Positions 21,596 through 34,041 of a stretch of DNA of 64,000 nucleotides are shown here, one piece after another (within the stretch, counting starts at the first letter, position 1; every line of letters starts with the position of its first letter). The stretch spans positions 308-64,307 of the forward strand of contig MNZQ01000116.1 in assembly GCA_001873745.1 (NCBI GenBank). Reading direction: 5' to 3'. The notes below the pieces were generated by a model, which worked only from the letters and a program-made list of their open reading frames with translations, made no database searches and was not told where the DNA came from. The position numbers and the translations under genes were made by a program. The DNA comes from Syntrophaceae bacterium CG2_30_58_14 (GTDB taxonomy: Bacteria > Desulfobacterota > Syntrophia > Syntrophales > UBA5619).

Positions 21596-24500
21596 TCAAT
21601 TCATCGCTTCGATGTCAAGGACTTTCTCGTTACTTTTTTCATCCGCGGGAAGCTCAAGCGGGTCTTCATCCGCCGGGGGCAGGGCCTCACCGACGGTTGT
21701 GATCCCCAGTTTTTTGTACATGGCGAGTCCCGTACCCGCGGGAATCAGCCTGCCCATGATGACATTCTCCTTGAGGCCGCGCAGATAATCGGTTTTCCCG
21801 GCGAGGGAGGCCTCCGTCAGAACCCGCGTCGTTTCCTGGAAGGAGGCGGCGGAGATAAAGCTCTGCGTCGAGAGCGACGCCTTCGTGATCCCCATCAGGA
21901 TGGGCTCGCCCTGGGCCGGTTTCCCGCCCTTGGCCACGACCCGGTCATTCTCCTCCTGAAAGCGGAACCGCTCCACCTTCTCGTCGGCGATGAAGGATGC
22001 ATCCCCGGGATCCTTGATCATCACCCTGCGGAGCATCTGGCGGACGATTACCTCCATGTGCTTGTCGTTGATCTTGACCCCCTGAAGTCGGTAGACCTCC
22101 TGTACCTCATCCACCAGGTAACGGGCCAGCTCCTTTTCCCCCTTGATCATCAGGAGATCGTGGGGATTGTTGACCCCGTCCATGAGGGCCTCTCCGGCCA
22201 TCACCCGGTCCCCTTCCTGGACGCTGACATGTTTCCCCTTGGGAATCAGATATTCCTTTTCATCCTCGGCGTCGGGGGTGATCACGACCTTTCTCTTCCC
22301 CTTGGAATCCTTGCCGTAGGAGACAACGCCGTCAATCTCGCTGATCACCGCAAATTCCTTCGGTTTCCGCGCCTCAAACAGTTCCGCCACACGGGGAAGA
22401 CCACCCGTGATATCCTTTGTTTTTGTCGTTTCCCGGGGAATCTTGGCGAGGATGTCACCGGCATCGACTGTATTACCTTCCGAGACGACAATGTTGGTCC
22501 CAACCGACAGAAGATGCCGGGCAACGGTGCTCGCCCCCGGCACCTTGGCCGTTCTGCCCTTCTTATCCTTGATCGAGACCCGCGGGCGCATATCCGTTCC
22601 CTTGAACTCGACGATGACCTTCCGCGAGAGGCCGGTCACCTCGTCCACCAGTTCCTGCATGGTCTTCCCTTCGATAATATCCCCAAACTTGACCGTCCCG
22701 TCCACCTCCGCCAGGATCGGGATGGAGAAGGGATCCCATTCCGCAATGAGATCGCCCCTTTTCTGATCCTTGGGTCCCTGCACCTGGCCGCCGTCCTCCA
22801 CCTTAATATGCGCCCCGTAGGGAACGGGATACTTGCCGCGGCTCCGCCCCTGTTCATCGAGGACATGCACCTCGCCGTTGCGGTTCATCACGACAAGCCC
22901 GCCGGATTTGCTTTTCACCGTATTGAGATTCACGAACCGGATGATCCCGTCATGTCTCGACTCCAACGTGGAGTGTTCCTCGAACTTTGCCGTGCCGCCG
23001 ATATGGAAGGTCCGCATGGTCAACTGGGTTCCGGGCTCCCCAATCGACTGGGCCGCAATGATGCCAACCGCCTCGCCGATATTGACGAGGCGCCCGCGGG
23101 ACAGGTCACGGCCATAGCACCTGGCGCAGACGCCGTGCCTCGACTTGCAGGTGAGCACCGACCGGATATTGACCCTCTCGATTCCGGCGTCATCGATCTT
23201 CTTCGCCAGGGCCTCATCGATTTCCTGATTCGCGTGGACCAGCACTTCATGGGTGAAGGGATCCCGGATCTCTTCCAAGACAACCCTTCCCAGGACGCGC
23301 TCACCCGCCGCCTCGATGATTTCCCCGCCTTCCATCAATGCGGACACGTAAATCCCATCGATCGTCCCGCAATCATCCTCCGAGATGATGCAATCCTGGG
23401 CCACATCCACGAGCCTCCGGGTAAGATACCCCGAATTGGCCGTCTTCAATGCGGTGTCCGCAAGCCCTTTCCGGGCGCCGTGCGTGGAAATAAAATACTC
23501 GAGAACCGTCAGACCTTCCCGGAAATTCGCCCGGATCGGGGTTTCGATGATCTCGCCGGACGGCTTCGCCATCAGCCCCCTCATCCCGGCCAACTGACGG
23601 ATCTGAACGGCGCTGCCTCTGGCGCCGGAATCGGCCATCATGTAGATCGGATTGAAGCTTTCACCCTTGAACCTTTTTCCGTCCGCTCCGGTCCGGTCCT
23701 CCGTGCCGATTCCGCCCAGCATCTCCGCGGCAATCTTCTCCGTGGCCTGGGCCCAGATATCAATGACCTTGTTGTATCGTTCGCCGTCGGTGATCAATCC
23801 CTCCATGTACTGCTTCTGGATCCCCAGGACGTCCTTGTCGGCCTGCCCGACGATCTTTTTTTTGTTTTCCGGAATCACCATGTTGTGGACTGCAATCGAA
23901 ACCCCGGAATGGGTGGCGTATTTGAACCCGATGTCTTTCAGACGATCGGCCAGAAGAACGGTGGTTTTATCGCCGCGGGTGCGGTAGCAGTGGTTGATCA
24001 GGTTGGCCAGCTCCTTCTTGTTCATGACCTTGTTGATTGCATCAAAGGAGATGGCTTCGGGGATCACTTCGTAAAGCGCGACCCGGCCGACCGTGGTCTC
24101 TTTCAGCTCCCCATCGATGCGGACCTTGATTTTTGCATGCAGATCGACGGCCTGGGCATCCAGTGCGGACCGGACCTCCCCCGGGTCGGCGAAAATCATC
24201 CCCTCGCCCTTGACGCCGCTCCTCACCCGGGTCAGAAAGTAAATCCCCAAAACGATATCCTGGCTGGGAATAATGATCGGCATCCCGTTGGCCGGGGAAA
24301 GGATGTTGTTGGTTGACATCATCAAGACACGGGCTTCGGTCTGGGCCTCGATGGACAGCGGCACGTGAACAGCCATCTGATCACCGTCAAAATCGGCATT
24401 GAAGGCCGTACAGACCAGCGGATGGAGCTGGATGGCCTTCCCTTCAATCAGGATGGGTTCGAACGCCTGCAGGCCGAGGCGGTGAAGCGTCGGCGCCCGG

Positions 24501-25774
24501 TTCAGCATGATAGGATATTCCCGGACCACTTCATCGAGGGCGTCCCACACCTCGGCTGTTTCCTTCTCCACCATCTTCTTGGCGCTCTTGACCGTCGTTA
24601 CGAACCCCTTTTCCTGGAGACGCCGGTAGATGAAAGGCTTGAAGAGTTCCAGGGCCATCTTCTTCGGAAGACCGCACTGGTGGAGCCTCAGATTCGGGCC
24701 AACCGTAATGACGGAGCGTCCGGAATAATCGACGCGCTTGCCGAGGAGGTTCTGCCGGAACCGGCCCTGCTTTCCCTTGAGCATATCGGACAGGGAACGG
24801 AGCGGACGCTTGTTCGTCCCCGTGATGGCCCTTCCCCGCCTGCCGTTGTCGAAGAGGACATCGACCGCTTCCTGGAGCATCCTCTTTTCGTTACGGATGA
24901 TGATTTCCGGCGCATTGAGCTCCTGCAGGCGCTTCAGACGGTTGTTCCGGTTGATGACCCTCCGGTAGAGATCATTGAGGTCGGAGGTGGCGAACCGTCC
25001 GCCGTCCAGGGGCACCAGCGGGCGAAGGTCCGGCGGGATCACGGGAAGGACGGTCAGGACCATCCACTCCGGTTTGTTTCCCGACTTCCGCAGGGCCTCA
25101 ACCACCTTCAATCTCTTGACGTACTTTTTCCGCTTCGTCTCCGAAACGGAGTTCTTCAGCTCCGAACGGAGTTCGTCATCCAGCTTAACGAGATCGACCT
25201 CTTCGAGAAGGGTGCGGACAGCCTCGGCGCCGATGCCGGCTTCGAAGGCATCCGGGCCGTACTGATCCTTCAGGTCGAGATACTCCTCGTCGGACAGGAG
25301 ATCCTTCTTTTTCAGCGGGGTGTTCTTGGGATCAAGGACGATCCAGGATTCGAAATAGAGGACCTTCTCCAACTCCTTCAGGGTCAGATCGAGAACATTC
25401 CCGATCCGGCTGGGCAGGCTCTTGAGGAACCAGATATGGGCGACCGGCGTCGCCAGCGTGATATGCCCCATTCTCTCCCGGCGGACCTTGGATTGGATGA
25501 CCTCCACCCCGCATTTTTCGCAGACGACGCCACGGTGTTTCATCCGCTTGTAGCGACCGCAAAGGCATTCATAGTCCTTGACGGGACCGAAGATCTTCGC
25601 GCAGAAAAGCCCATCGCGCTCCGGTTTGAAGGTTCGGTAGTTGATCGTCTCCGGTTTCTTGACCTCGCCATGCGACCAGGAAAGAATCTTTTCCGGAGAG
25701 GCAATGGATATCTTGATCGCATTGAATCGGATGGGATCCTTTGGTTTTTCAAAATAACTAAAAACGTCTTCCAC
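21596..25774 (-). CDS. rpoC: DNA-directed RNA polymerase subunit beta'
   Basis: 1392 aa; zinc motif [23 protein letters not shown] and catalytic [15 protein letters not shown] start at 25774-25772, preceded by AGGAG. Confidence 0.98.
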   Translation of the reverse strand: MEDVFSYFEKPKDPIRFNAIKISIASPEKILSWSHGEVKKPETINYRTFKPERDGLFCAKIFGPVKDYECLCGRYKRMKHRGVVCEKCGVEVIQSKVRRERMGHITLATPVAHIWFLKSLPSRIGNVLDLTLKELEKVLYFESWIVLDPKNTPLKKKDLLSDEEYLDLKDQYGPDAFEAGIGAEAVRTLLEEVDLVKLDDELRSELKNSVSETKRKKYVKRLKVVEALRKSGNKPEWMVLTVLPVIPPDLRPLVPLDGGRFATSDLNDLYRRVINRNNRLKRLQELNAPEIIIRNEKRMLQEAVDVLFDNGRRGRAITGTNKRPLRSLSDMLKGKQGRFRQNLLGKRVDYSGRSVITVGPNLRLHQCGLPKKMALELFKPFIYRRLQEKGFVTTVKSAKKMVEKETAEVWDALDEVVREYPIMLNRAPTLHRLGLQAFEPILIEGKAIQLHPLVCTAFNADFDGDQMAVHVPLSIEAQTEARVLMMSTNNILSPANGMPIIIPSQDIVLGIYFLTRVRSGVKGEGMIFADPGEVRSALDAQAVDLHAKIKVRIDGELKETTVGRVALYEVIPEAISFDAINKVMNKKELANLINHCYRTRGDKTTVLLADRLKDIGFKYATHSGVSIAVHNMVIPENKKKIVGQADKDVLGIQKQYMEGLITDGERYNKVIDIWAQATEKIAAEMLGGIGTEDRTGADGKRFKGESFNPIYMMADSGARGSAVQIRQLAGMRGLMAKPSGEIIETPIRANFREGLTVLEYFISTHGARKGLADTALKTANSGYLTRRLVDVAQDCIISEDDCGTIDGIYVSALMEGGEIIEAAGERVLGRVVLEEIRDPFTHEVLVHANQEIDEALAKKIDDAGIERVNIRSVLTCKSRHGVCARCYGRDLSRGRLVNIGEAVGIIAAQSIGEPGTQLTMRTFHIGGTAKFEEHSTLESRHDGIIRFVNLNTVKSKSGGLVVMNRNGEVHVLDEQGRSRGKYPVPYGAHIKVEDGGQVQGPKDQKRGDLIAEWDPFSIPILAEVDGTVKFGDIIEGKTMQELVDEVTGLSRKVIVEFKGTDMRPRVSIKDKKGRTAKVPGASTVARHLLSVGTNIVVSEGNTVDAGDILAKIPRETTKTKDITGGLPRVAELFEARKPKEFAVISEIDGVVSYGKDSKGKRKVVITPDAEDEKEYLIPKGKHVSVQEGDRVMAGEALMDGVNNPHDLLMIKGEKELARYLVDEVQEVYRLQGVKINDKHMEVIVRQMLRRVMIKDPGDASFIADEKVERFRFQEENDRVVAKGGKPAQGEPILMGITKASLSTQSFISAASFQETTRVLTEASLAGKTDYLRGLKENVIMGRLIPAGTGLAMYKKLGITTVGEALPPADEDPLELPADEKSNEKVLDIEAMN

Positions 25775-25795
25775 GGATGATATCTCCTAAGTAAT

Positions 25796-25837
25796 AAGTG
25801 CTGAGTGCCAAGTGCCGAGTGCCGAGTGCCGAGTGCG
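25796..25837. repeat. Heptamer tandem array (6 units, consensus GAGTGCC) in the rpoB-rpoC spacer
   Basis: AAGTGCT GAGTGCC AAGTGCC GAGTGCC GAGTGCC GAGTGCG, read directly. Confidence 0.85.
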
Positions 25838-25895
25838 GCTTCTCTGGATGTTGCAATGTTTTGACTCTGCACTCATGACCATAATATTGTTATTG

Positions 25896-28800
25896 TTAAT
25901 CCTCTTCGATCAGCTCCACGTCAAGGCAGAGGCTCTGCAGCTCTTTGACCAGGACGTTGAAGGACTCGGGCAGACCAGGCTCCGACGTATGCTCACCCTT
26001 GACGATCGCTTCGTAGATCCGCGTTCTGCCGGCCACATCATCGGACTTGACCGTCAGGAACTCCTGGAGGGTGTAAGCGGCGCCGTAGGCCTCCATGGCC
26101 CATACTTCCATTTCACCCAGTCTCTGTCCCCCGAACTGGGCCTTGCCGCCCAGAGGCTGTTGCGTCACTAAGGAATAGGGACCGATCGACCGGGCGTGGA
26201 TCTTGTTGTCGACCAGATGGTGCAGTTTTAGCATGTAGATCATGCCCACGGTGATTTCCTGGTCGAAGGGCTCTCCGGTCCTCCCGTCGAACAGGATGGT
26301 CTGACCGGTCTCGGGAAGACCGCCGGCCTTGAGCATTTTCTTGATCTCGTGTTCATCGGCGCCGTCGAAAACAGGCGTCGCAACCAGAATCCCCTTTTTC
26401 AGGCGGCTTGCGAACCGGCGGATCTCATCTTCTCCAGCGCCGTTGATGAAGCGGTCAAATTCGGGAGAGGAATAGACGGCCTTCATCTCCTTCTTGAGGG
26501 CATCCAATCCGCAATGCTGCTCCACGAGGGCATTGATCTTTTCCCCCATGCCTCTGGCCGCCCAGCCTAAGTGCGTCTCCAGGATCTGCCCCACATTCAT
26601 CCGGGAGGGAACGCCCAGCGGATTCAGGACGATGTCCACCGGCGTTCCGTCCTTGAAATAGGGCATATCCTCCTCGGGGAGGATCCGGGACAGCACGCCT
26701 TTGTTTCCATGACGGCCCGCCATCTTATCCCCGACGGAGAGCTTCCGCTTGATCGCAATGTAAACCTTGACCAGCTTGATTACCCCCGGGGAGAGTTCAT
26801 CGCCGGCCTTGAGCTTCGCGATCTTCTCCGCGAAATACGACTCGACGAACTCCTTTTTCCGGGAGAGGTTCTCATAGAGCACGCCGATCCGGGTCTCCGT
26901 CTCTTCTTCGCCGTCCGGGGAGATCTCCCGCCAGAGGTCAAAGGGCGTCCGTTCCAGGATCTCTTCGGTAATGACCTCGCCCTTCTTCAGCAGAATCCGC
27001 TTTTTCTTCGGATCGGAAACCTTCACCGCCGACGTCTTTCCGATCAGCATGCCGGCGATCTGCGTCTTCACCCCTTCGGTGATGATCCGGATCTCGTCGT
27101 CGCGGTCCTTATTCAGCAGCGATACGGCCTCTTCCTCGATATACTGGGAGCGACTGTCCCTCTCGGTCCCCTTCCGGGCGAAGATCTTTGCGTCGATCAC
27201 CGTGCCTTCGACACCGGGAGGAACGCGCAGCGAGGTGTCGCGGACATCGCTGGCCTTTTCCCCAAAAATGGCCCGCAGGAGTTTCTCTTCCGAGGAGAGC
27301 TGGGTTTCCCCCTTGGGGGTAATCTTTCCGATCAGGATGTCGCCCGGCTTCACCGCCACACCCATGCGGACAATCCCGCTGTCGTCGAGGTTTCTCAGGG
27401 CCTCTTCCCCCAGGTTGGGGATATCCCGGGTGATCTCTTCCTTGCCGAGCTTGGTGTCCCGGGCCATCGTCTCGAATTCCTCGATATGGATGGAGGTATA
27501 GATGTCATCCTTGACGATTCGCTCGCTGACCAGAATGGAATCCTCGTAGTTGTACCCCCCCCAGGACATGAAGGCGACCATGACATTCCTTCCCAGGGCC
27601 AGTTCCCCCTTGTCCGTGGCGGGACCGTCCGCGATAATCTCTCCCTTGCTCACCTTCTGCCCTTTGGCGACGATGGGCTTCTGGTTGAAACAGGTATCCT
27701 GGTTGGAACGCTGATACTTGATCAGGTTGTAGATATCCACCCCCGTGTCCAGCCCTTCCTTCCCAGGCGCGTCGCATTTGACGACGATCCTCGCGGCATC
27801 CACACTCTCCACAACACCCGCCCGCCGGGCCGCCATAACCGCTCCGGAATCCCGCGCCACAACGGATTCCATTCCCGTGCCCACCAGAGGAACCTCGGGT
27901 TCCATCAGCGGCACCGCCTGCCGCTGCATGTTGGATCCCATCAGGGCCCGGTTGGCATCGTCATGTTCCAGAAAAGGGATCAGGGTGGCCGCCACACTGA
28001 CGAGCTGGTTGGGGGAGACATCCATCATGTTGACATCCATCGGCACGACGGAGAGGAAGTCGCCCCCCCTTCTCGCGGAAATCAGTTGTCCGATGAATTT
28101 TCCGTCCTTGTCGAGGGGTCTGTCGGCCTGGGCAATGATCCGGTTTTCCTCTTCGATCGCGGTCAGATAACGTACCTCGTCCAGTACCCGCCCCTCTTTT
28201 ACAACACGGTAAGGCGTTTCGATGAAACCGAATTCGTTCACCCGGGCGTAGGTGCTCAGCGAGACGATCAGGCCGATGTTGGGTCCTTCCGGGGTTTCCA
28301 CCGGGCAGATGCGGCCGTAATGGGTGGGATGGACGTCACGGACCTCAAATCCCGCCCTTTCCCGCGTCAGACCTCCCGGCCCGAGAGCCGACAATCTCCG
28401 TTTGTGCGTGATCTCTGACAGCGGATTCGTCTGATCCATGAACTGGGAGAGCTGGCTGCTGCCGAAGAATTCATTCACCACGGCCGAGACCGGCTTGGCA
28501 TTGATGAGATCATGGGGCATCATGGTTTCGATGTCCTGGAGACTCATTTTCTCCTTGATGGCGCGCTCCATCCGGACCAGGCCGATCCGGTACTGGTTCT
28601 CGATCAATTCCCCCACGGAACGTACACGCCGGTTGCCCAGATGGTCGATGTCGTCCACGCTGCAATCCGGCGCGCTGTTCTTCAGGTCGATCAGATACTT
28701 GACCGCCGCCAGGATGTCCTCATTGCGCAGGACGGTTACGGTCGTGGGAACATCGAGACGGAGCTTGTAATTCATCTTCGCCCGCCCCACATCGGAAAGA

Positions 28801-29984
28801 TCGTAGCTGTCTGGTTCAAAAAAGAGGCTGTTGAAAAATTTATGGGCGGTCTCCGGCGTGGGCGGATTGCTTGGCCGCAGTCGCCGATAGATTTCAATAA
28901 TCGCATCTTCCGCCGTTTCGATCCGATCCATCAGAAGCGTGTCCCGGATCGAGGCATTTTCCCGATCTTCGTCGATGTGGATGAACAGGAAGGAGGGAAT
29001 CCCCTTGTCCCTGAGAAGCTGCAACCCTTCCGCCGTCAGCTCTTCATTACACCGGATCAGGATTTCGCCGGTTTCGGGATCGAGTACATCGGAAGAGAAA
29101 ACCCTGCCGATGATATCCTCATCGTTCACCGGTATCCGCGTTACCTTGGAATCGACCATCTTCTTCAGCAGGGGTTTTGAAATCTTTCTCCCCTTCTTGA
29201 CGACAACATCTCCCCCCTTCGTCTCCACATCCGCAGGGGCTTTCCCCCCTAACAGTGAATCGTTCACGGCCATGAAGAGACGGCCGCCTTCCAGGAAGAT
29301 CTGCTCAATGCTGTAAAAATAATTGAGGATAAACTGGGTGGAATTCCCCATCGCCTTCAGCAGGATCGTTACCGGCATCTTCCGCCGACGATCGATCCTC
29401 ACATAGAGAAGGTCCTTGGAATCGAACTCGAGATCCAACCAGGATCCGCGGATCGGGATGACCCGCGCCGAATAGATCAGCTTTCCACTGGACAGGGTCT
29501 TGCCCTTGTCATGGTCGAAAAAGATCCCCGGCGAACGGTGAAGCTGGCTGACGATCACCCTTTCCGTACCATTCACGATGAAGGTGCCGTTTTCCGTCAT
29601 CAGTGGGATTTCACCGAAATAGATCTCCTGCTCCTTGATGTCGCGGATCGGCTTGGGTTCCGTATTCCGATCCGTGTCGAAAACGACCAGGCGGACCACG
29701 ATCTTGAGCGGCGCCGCATAAGTCATCCCCTTCTGAACACACTCCTGCATGTCGTACCGGACATCGCCAATCTTATAGCTGACAAACTCGAGGGAACATT
29801 TCCCACTGAAATCGGAAATGGGGAAAACGCTGTTGAAGGCGCCCGGCAGCCCATAGTTCCCCCTCTTGTTTGGATCGATATCCTGCTGAAGAAACTTTCG
29901 GTAGGAATCGGTCTGAATATCGATCAGGTTGGGAATATCCAGTATCTTCCGGATACGGCCAAAATTCTTTCTAAATTCGCCCAT
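25896..29984 (-). CDS. rpoB: DNA-directed RNA polymerase subunit beta
   Basis: 1362 aa; [34 protein letters not shown] rifampicin-cluster region. Confidence 0.98.
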   Translation of the reverse strand: MGEFRKNFGRIRKILDIPNLIDIQTDSYRKFLQQDIDPNKRGNYGLPGAFNSVFPISDFSGKCSLEFVSYKIGDVRYDMQECVQKGMTYAAPLKIVVRLVVFDTDRNTEPKPIRDIKEQEIYFGEIPLMTENGTFIVNGTERVIVSQLHRSPGIFFDHDKGKTLSSGKLIYSARVIPIRGSWLDLEFDSKDLLYVRIDRRRKMPVTILLKAMGNSTQFILNYFYSIEQIFLEGGRLFMAVNDSLLGGKAPADVETKGGDVVVKKGRKISKPLLKKMVDSKVTRIPVNDEDIIGRVFSSDVLDPETGEILIRCNEELTAEGLQLLRDKGIPSFLFIHIDEDRENASIRDTLLMDRIETAEDAIIEIYRRLRPSNPPTPETAHKFFNSLFFEPDSYDLSDVGRAKMNYKLRLDVPTTVTVLRNEDILAAVKYLIDLKNSAPDCSVDDIDHLGNRRVRSVGELIENQYRIGLVRMERAIKEKMSLQDIETMMPHDLINAKPVSAVVNEFFGSSQLSQFMDQTNPLSEITHKRRLSALGPGGLTRERAGFEVRDVHPTHYGRICPVETPEGPNIGLIVSLSTYARVNEFGFIETPYRVVKEGRVLDEVRYLTAIEEENRIIAQADRPLDKDGKFIGQLISARRGGDFLSVVPMDVNMMDVSPNQLVSVAATLIPFLEHDDANRALMGSNMQRQAVPLMEPEVPLVGTGMESVVARDSGAVMAARRAGVVESVDAARIVVKCDAPGKEGLDTGVDIYNLIKYQRSNQDTCFNQKPIVAKGQKVSKGEIIADGPATDKGELALGRNVMVAFMSWGGYNYEDSILVSERIVKDDIYTSIHIEEFETMARDTKLGKEEITRDIPNLGEEALRNLDDSGIVRMGVAVKPGDILIGKITPKGETQLSSEEKLLRAIFGEKASDVRDTSLRVPPGVEGTVIDAKIFARKGTERDSRSQYIEEEAVSLLNKDRDDEIRIITEGVKTQIAGMLIGKTSAVKVSDPKKKRILLKKGEVITEEILERTPFDLWREISPDGEEETETRIGVLYENLSRKKEFVESYFAEKIAKLKAGDELSPGVIKLVKVYIAIKRKLSVGDKMAGRHGNKGVLSRILPEEDMPYFKDGTPVDIVLNPLGVPSRMNVGQILETHLGWAARGMGEKINALVEQHCGLDALKKEMKAVYSSPEFDRFINGAGEDEIRRFASRLKKGILVATPVFDGADEHEIKKMLKAGGLPETGQTILFDGRTGEPFDQEITVGMIYMLKLHHLVDNKIHARSIGPYSLVTQQPLGGKAQFGGQRLGEMEVWAMEAYGAAYTLQEFLTVKSDDVAGRTRIYEAIVKGEHTSEPGLPESFNVLVKELQSLCLDVELIEED

Positions 29985-30141
29985 AACATCCTTTCGGCTT
30001 TTGCCGGCAGCGATCTTAAGCTTTCACCAATAGTCATAAGGGAAAAGAACCCCCTTCAACCTGTCTCTCTGCAAAATCGCGCAGACAACCTGTTGCATCT
30101 TGGGATTCAAATCCTTACCGTTTTGTTGCCGGGACGACTAC

Positions 30142-30525
30142 CTACTTAATCTCAACGGCGCCACCGACCGCTTCTATCTTTTTCTTGATATCGGCAGCCT
30201 CATCCTTGGAAACGGCCTCCTTGATCGGTTTGGGAGCGCCGTCCACCAGATCCTTGGCTTCCTTGAGTCCCAGACCCGTGATCGCCCTGACCACCTTGAT
30301 CACCTGGATCTTCTGATCGCCGAACCCCGTCAGGATCACGTCGAATTCGGTCTTTTCCTCAACCTGAGCAGCCTGCGCGGGACCTGCGGCGGCGACCATG
30401 GCAGCCGGCGCCGCGGCGCTCACGCCAAACTTCTGCTCCAGTTCCTTCACCAGTTCTGAAAGCTCAAGAACCGTCATCCCTTCAATGAATTTTACGACAT
30501 CTTCTTTGGTAATCTCGTTCGCCAT
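30142..30525 (-). CDS. rplL: 50S ribosomal protein L7/L12
   Basis: [40 protein letters not shown]... from ATG 30525-30523. Confidence 0.96.
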   Translation of the reverse strand: MANEITKEDVVKFIEGMTVLELSELVKELEQKFGVSAAAPAAMVAAAGPAQAAQVEEKTEFDVILTGFGDQKIQVIKVVRAITGLGLKEAKDLVDGAPKPIKEAVSKDEAADIKKKIEAVGGAVEIK

Positions 30526-30553
30526 TGTCCTATTTCCTTCCTGTATGTGATTG

Positions 30554-31078
30554 TTAGTTTGCTGACGCCTTCTGTTCCCGATAGGCATCGAGAACCTGTA
30601 CAAAATTCCTCGGAACCCCGCTCAGGACATTCACGAGGGAGGTCTGCACCCCGACCATCAGGGAAAGCAGCTTCCCGAGCAAAACCTCGCGGCTCGGCAG
30701 TTCGGCCAGAATCGCGAGCTGCTCCCTGCTCAGAGGTTTGCCGCCCATCACGGCCGCCTTGATTTCAAGACTGGCATTCTTCTTGGCAAAATCAACCAGC
30801 GCCTTGGTGGTCTCGACCACGTCGCCGCGGGCGATTGCCACGGCCAGAGGCCCCCGGAACTGCTCTTCCAGTGCGCAGAAATCCGTTTCGCGCGACGCGA
30901 TGGAGAGCAGCGAATTCTTGACAACCCGGAGTTCCGCATTCGATTTTCGCAGAACAACCCTCAGCGCCGTTATCTTCGCCACATCCATCCCGCTGTAACC
31001 GGTGAGAACCGCCAACTTGAAATCTTTCAGTTTTTCATGGAGTTCAGCAGCAACCTGCTCTTTCGTTCTCCGATCCAA
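30554..31078 (-). CDS. rplJ: 50S ribosomal protein L10
   Basis: 174 aa, [31 protein letters not shown]...; TTG start at 31078-31076. Confidence 0.95.
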   Translation of the reverse strand: MDRRTKEQVAAELHEKLKDFKLAVLTGYSGMDVAKITALRVVLRKSNAELRVVKNSLLSIASRETDFCALEEQFRGPLAVAIARGDVVETTKALVDFAKKNASLEIKAAVMGGKPLSREQLAILAELPSREVLLGKLLSLMVGVQTSLVNVLSGVPRNFVQVLDAYREQKASAN

Positions 31079-31320
31079 TCTTCAACCTCCTTTCCCATCT
31101 AATCCGGTCCTTCCGGATGGGGACACCTTGCGGCAAGGTGTCCCCGTTTAGAAAACCCCGTTGAAAAAGTCAGAGAACACAAGCAACATACAGGACAATT
31201 TCCCCGGCCAAAAAGGCCGCTTATCCCAGTCTCGGCAGGCCGACCGACCCCGTTTAAACTTCCTGTACCTGCTGTCTCAGACCCGTTTTCATCTCCCATA
31301 GCCCGGCCAGGGCCATGGCA
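31079..31320 (-). promoter_or_regulatory. rplJ 5' leader (probable L10(L12)4 autoregulatory leader / internal promoter region)
   Basis: 242-nt ORF-free gap before rplJ. The minus strand can form a long imperfect helix (GAGACAGCAGGTACAGGA ... TCCTGTATGTTGCTTGTGTTCTC) enclosing smaller hairpins, the architecture expected of L10 leaders. Not checked against a covariance model. Confidence 0.45.
31119..31145. repeat. Family-B palindromic repeat GGGGACACCTTG-CGG-CAAGGTGTCCCC
   Basis: 27-nt palindrome read directly, 40 nt upstream of the rplJ start. Confidence 0.9.
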
Positions 31321-32025
31321 TTAAATGCCCCGGAGGCCAAGAGGATCCACCTTCACCCCGGGACCCATTACGGTCGAGAGGGAAAGACTCCGGATATAAA
31401 TACCTTTGCTGGATGCGGGTTTCAATTTGACGACCATCTCCAAGAGCGCAAGAAAATTCTCCGTCAGTTTCTCCGCCCCGAAAGAGGTCTTGCCGATGGG
31501 ACAATGGACAATACCCGCCTTTTCCACTCGGAATTCCACCTTGCCCGCCTTCAGCTCCAAAACGGCCTTCCCCACATCAAAGGTCACTGTTCCGACCTTC
31601 GGATTCGGCATGAGGCCGCGAGGACCGAGGATCTTCCCCAGTTTCCCGACGCTCCCCATCATATCCGGCGTTGCGATCACCCGGTCAAAATCGAGCCAGC
31701 CGCCCTTGATTTTTTCAACAATATCATCCGAGCCCACCACATCGGCGCCGGCTTCCAGGGCTTCCTTTTCCTTTTCGCCCTTGGCAAAAACCAGCACCCG
31801 GACCGATTTTCCCAGTCCATTGGGAAGAACAACGGAGCCCCGGACCATTTGGTCGGCATGCGCCGGATTTACCCCAAGCCGGATGGCGGCATCGACGGTC
31901 TCATCAAACTTCGCCCTGGCCGCACCGACCACCAGCGCAACAGCCTCCTGGGCGGGATAGCGCTTTGCCACCTCGATATTTTTCCTCGCCTCGATGTACT
32001 TCTTGCCTCTCTTGGCCATGATCAA
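31321..32025 (-). CDS. rplA: 50S ribosomal protein L1
   Basis: [30 protein letters not shown]... (start at 32025 or 32019). Confidence 0.96.
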   Translation of the reverse strand: MIMAKRGKKYIEARKNIEVAKRYPAQEAVALVVGAARAKFDETVDAAIRLGVNPAHADQMVRGSVVLPNGLGKSVRVLVFAKGEKEKEALEAGADVVGSDDIVEKIKGGWLDFDRVIATPDMMGSVGKLGKILGPRGLMPNPKVGTVTFDVGKAVLELKAGKVEFRVEKAGIVHCPIGKTSFGAEKLTENFLALLEMVVKLKPASSKGIYIRSLSLSTVMGPGVKVDPLGLRGI

Positions 32026-32122
32026 ACCTCAAATCGAAAACCACCGCCGGGGACGGGGATTCTCTGAAACTTTTCCACTTAAGACGCCCGCCGGCACATC
32101 CCCCGGTGTTCTGCCGGAAGGC

Positions 32123-32149
32123 GGGGACACCTTGCCGCAAGGTGTCCCC
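32123..32149. repeat. Family-B palindromic repeat, opposite centre orientation (…CTTG-CCG-CAAG…)
   Basis: GGGGACACCTTGCCGCAAGGTGTCCCC, 3 nt after the rplK stop codon. Confidence 0.9.
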
Positions 32150-32152
32150 GCG

Positions 32153-32578
32153 TCAGCCCGCGATTTCAATCCCCATGGATCGCGCCGTTCCCGAAACAAT
32201 CCGGATCGCTCCCTCAATATCCACGGCATTCAGGTCATTGTATTTCAGCTCGGCAATGTCCCGGACCTGTTTCAGCGTCACCTGACCCACCTTATCCCGC
32301 TTGGGATCGCCCGAACCCTTGGCGATCTTTGCCGCTTGCTTCAGCAGCACGGACGCGGGCGGCGTCTTGGTCACGAAGGTAAAAGACCGGTCCGCGTAAA
32401 CCGTGATAACGACCGGGATGACCATTCCCTCCTGATTCTGCGTCATGGCGTTGTACGCCTTGCAGAACTCCATGATGTTGACGCCATGTTGACCGAGGGC
32501 CGGACCGATCGGCGGCGAAGGGGTAGCCTTGCCTGCCTTGATCTGAAGTTTTATATTCGCGATAACCTTCTTTGCCAT
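32153..32578 (-). CDS. rplK: 50S ribosomal protein L11
   Basis: [43 protein letters not shown]... from ATG 32578-32576. Confidence 0.96.
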   Translation of the reverse strand: MAKKVIANIKLQIKAGKATPSPPIGPALGQHGVNIMEFCKAYNAMTQNQEGMVIPVVITVYADRSFTFVTKTPPASVLLKQAAKIAKGSGDPKRDKVGQVTLKQVRDIAELKYNDLNAVDIEGAIRIVSGTARSMGIEIAG

Positions 32579-32663
32579 TCTGATCACCCTGTTTCAGTCT
32601 GAATTTGATCAACCGCCCAGGCAAGAACAGATAAAGACACCTTACCCATCGGCTTTTTCCTGT

Positions 32664-33194
32664 TTACGTCTGCGCAACCTGAATGAAGTCCAGTTCCACC
32701 GGCGTCGACCGTCCGAAAATACTCACAATAACACGTAGTTTACCCTTCTCCGGCTTTACCTCATCGACGCTTCCATCAAAATTGGTGAAGGGGCCATCGA
32801 TGATCCGCACATGATCCCCCACATCGAATTTGAACTTCGGTTTGGGTTTCAGCGTCCCCTCGTCGATTCGGGTCCTCAGGGTTTCCACGTCCTTGTCGGG
32901 AATGGGCGAAGGCTTGTCCTTGCTGCCGATAAAGCCGGTCACCTTGGGCGTATCCTTTACGATATGCCAGGTGTCGTCGTCCAACTCCATCCGGACGAGG
33001 AGATAGCCCGGGAAAAACTTCCGTTTCGAGGTCTTTTTCTCACCGGATACCAGTTCGACGATATCCTCTTCGGGGATCAGGATATCCGAGAAGAATGCCT
33101 GCTTCCCGGCCGTTTCGATCCTCTCCTGCAGAGAAAGCTTCACCCGGTTTTCAAAGCCGGAATAGGTATGAACGACGTACCATCTGAAAGCCAT
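32664..33194 (-). CDS. nusG: Transcription termination/antitermination factor NusG
   Basis: [27 protein letters not shown]... NGN plus KOW domains, from ATG 33194-33192. Confidence 0.95.
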   Translation of the reverse strand: MAFRWYVVHTYSGFENRVKLSLQERIETAGKQAFFSDILIPEEDIVELVSGEKKTSKRKFFPGYLLVRMELDDDTWHIVKDTPKVTGFIGSKDKPSPIPDKDVETLRTRIDEGTLKPKPKFKFDVGDHVRIIDGPFTNFDGSVDEVKPEKGKLRVIVSIFGRSTPVELDFIQVAQT

Positions 33195-33198
33195 ATTC

Positions 33199-33402
33199 TT
33201 ATCCCAGCACCAGTTTGACAACCTTGGTCAATCCGAAATCGACGATCCCCAGAAAGGCGGATACGATGATCACCACAATGATGACGACGGAAGTGGAGGC
33301 AAGGGTCTGCTTCGGCGTCGGCCACGTGACCTTTTTCAGCTCAACTTTCGATCCGGCGAGAAACTGCTTAGTCTTCTCTGCGATAACCTTTACTCTGTCC
33401 AT
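33199..33402 (-). CDS. secE: Preprotein translocase subunit SecE
   Basis: 67 aa, VELKKVTWPTPKQTLASTSVVIIVVIIVSAFLGIVD (single TM). Confidence 0.9.
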   Translation of the reverse strand: MDRVKVIAEKTKQFLAGSKVELKKVTWPTPKQTLASTSVVIIVVIIVSAFLGIVDFGLTKVVKLVLG

Positions 33403-33446
33403 CCAGAAACCCCTGATTCCCCCAAACCCGATACCGTTTTATAAAA

Positions 33447-33523
33447 TGGCAGGCCAGGAGGGACTTGAACCCCCAGCATCCGGATTTGGAGTCCGGCGCT
33501 CTATCCATTAGAGCTACTGGCCT
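33447..33523 (-). tRNA. tRNA-Trp (anticodon CCA)
   Basis: Minus strand AGGCCAGTAGCTCTAATGGATAGAGCGCCGGACTCCAAATCCGG...GGTTCAAGTCCCTCCTGGCCTGCCA folds as a cloverleaf with encoded CCA. Confidence 0.93.
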
Positions 33524-33555
33524 ATCCGATCGATCAAGGCGGCGCCTCTTTCCGC

Positions 33556-33705
33556 TTATTTCGTTTCCCGGTGCAGCTTATGGGATCGGCAGAATTTGCA
33601 GTATTTTTTCATCTCCAGCCGATTCTGCATGGTCCTTTTGTTCTTGGTCGTCGTATAATTCCGCTGTTTGCAATCCGTACAAGCCAATGTAATGATATTT
33701 CTCAT
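33556..33705 (-). CDS. rpmG: 50S ribosomal protein L33
   Basis: [49 protein letters not shown], 49 aa. Confidence 0.93.
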   Translation of the reverse strand: MRNIITLACTDCKQRNYTTTKNKRTMQNRLEMKKYCKFCRSHKLHRETK

Positions 33706-33726
33706 AATTAAACCACCTAACCTGAA

Positions 33727-33802
33727 TGGAGCCCACGACCAGGATCGAACTGGTGACCTCATCCTTACCAAGGATGTGCTCTACCGACTGAGCTACGTGG
33801 GC
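33727..33802 (-). tRNA. tRNA-Thr (anticodon GGT)
   Basis: GCCCACGTAGCTCAGTCGGTAGAGCACATCCTTGGTAAGGATGAGGTCACCAGTTCGATCCTGGTCGTGGGCTCCA. Confidence 0.93.
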
Positions 33803-33917
33803 TGGTTGCTTCTTTAAACCGAAGCGCCACTTTCCCCCGCCGCCGATCAGAATCCGCGATGATCATGATCGGCTGCGCATTCCTCGGGGAAGCAAGCAGC
33901 CCCATACCGAACAAAAA

Positions 33918-33993
33918 TGGAGCGGGAAACGGGATTCGAACCCGCGACCCTCAGCTTGGAAGGCTGACGCTCTAGCCACTGAGCTACTCCCGC
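33918..33993 (-). tRNA. tRNA-Gly (anticodon TCC)
   Basis: GCGGGAGTAGCTCAGTGGCTAGAGCGTCAGCCTTCCAAGCTGAGGGTCGCGGGTTCGAATCCCGTTTCCCGCTCCA. Confidence 0.93.
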
Positions 33994-34041
33994 TTATCGC
34001 CATGCGCCGCTTCTTAGAAAGAGATGTTCGCCGCGGCAAAC

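Noticed and set aside
33803-33917. 115-nt spacer between tRNA-Thr(GGT) and tRNA-Gly, with GCCGATCA...TGATCGGC and TTGCTTC...GAAGCAA pairings, considered as a possible hidden small RNA.
   Set aside because: It has no recognisable tRNA or ncRNA architecture. It is most simply a structured processing spacer within the polycistronic tRNA precursor, and the overlapping ORF 33863..34186 is spurious.
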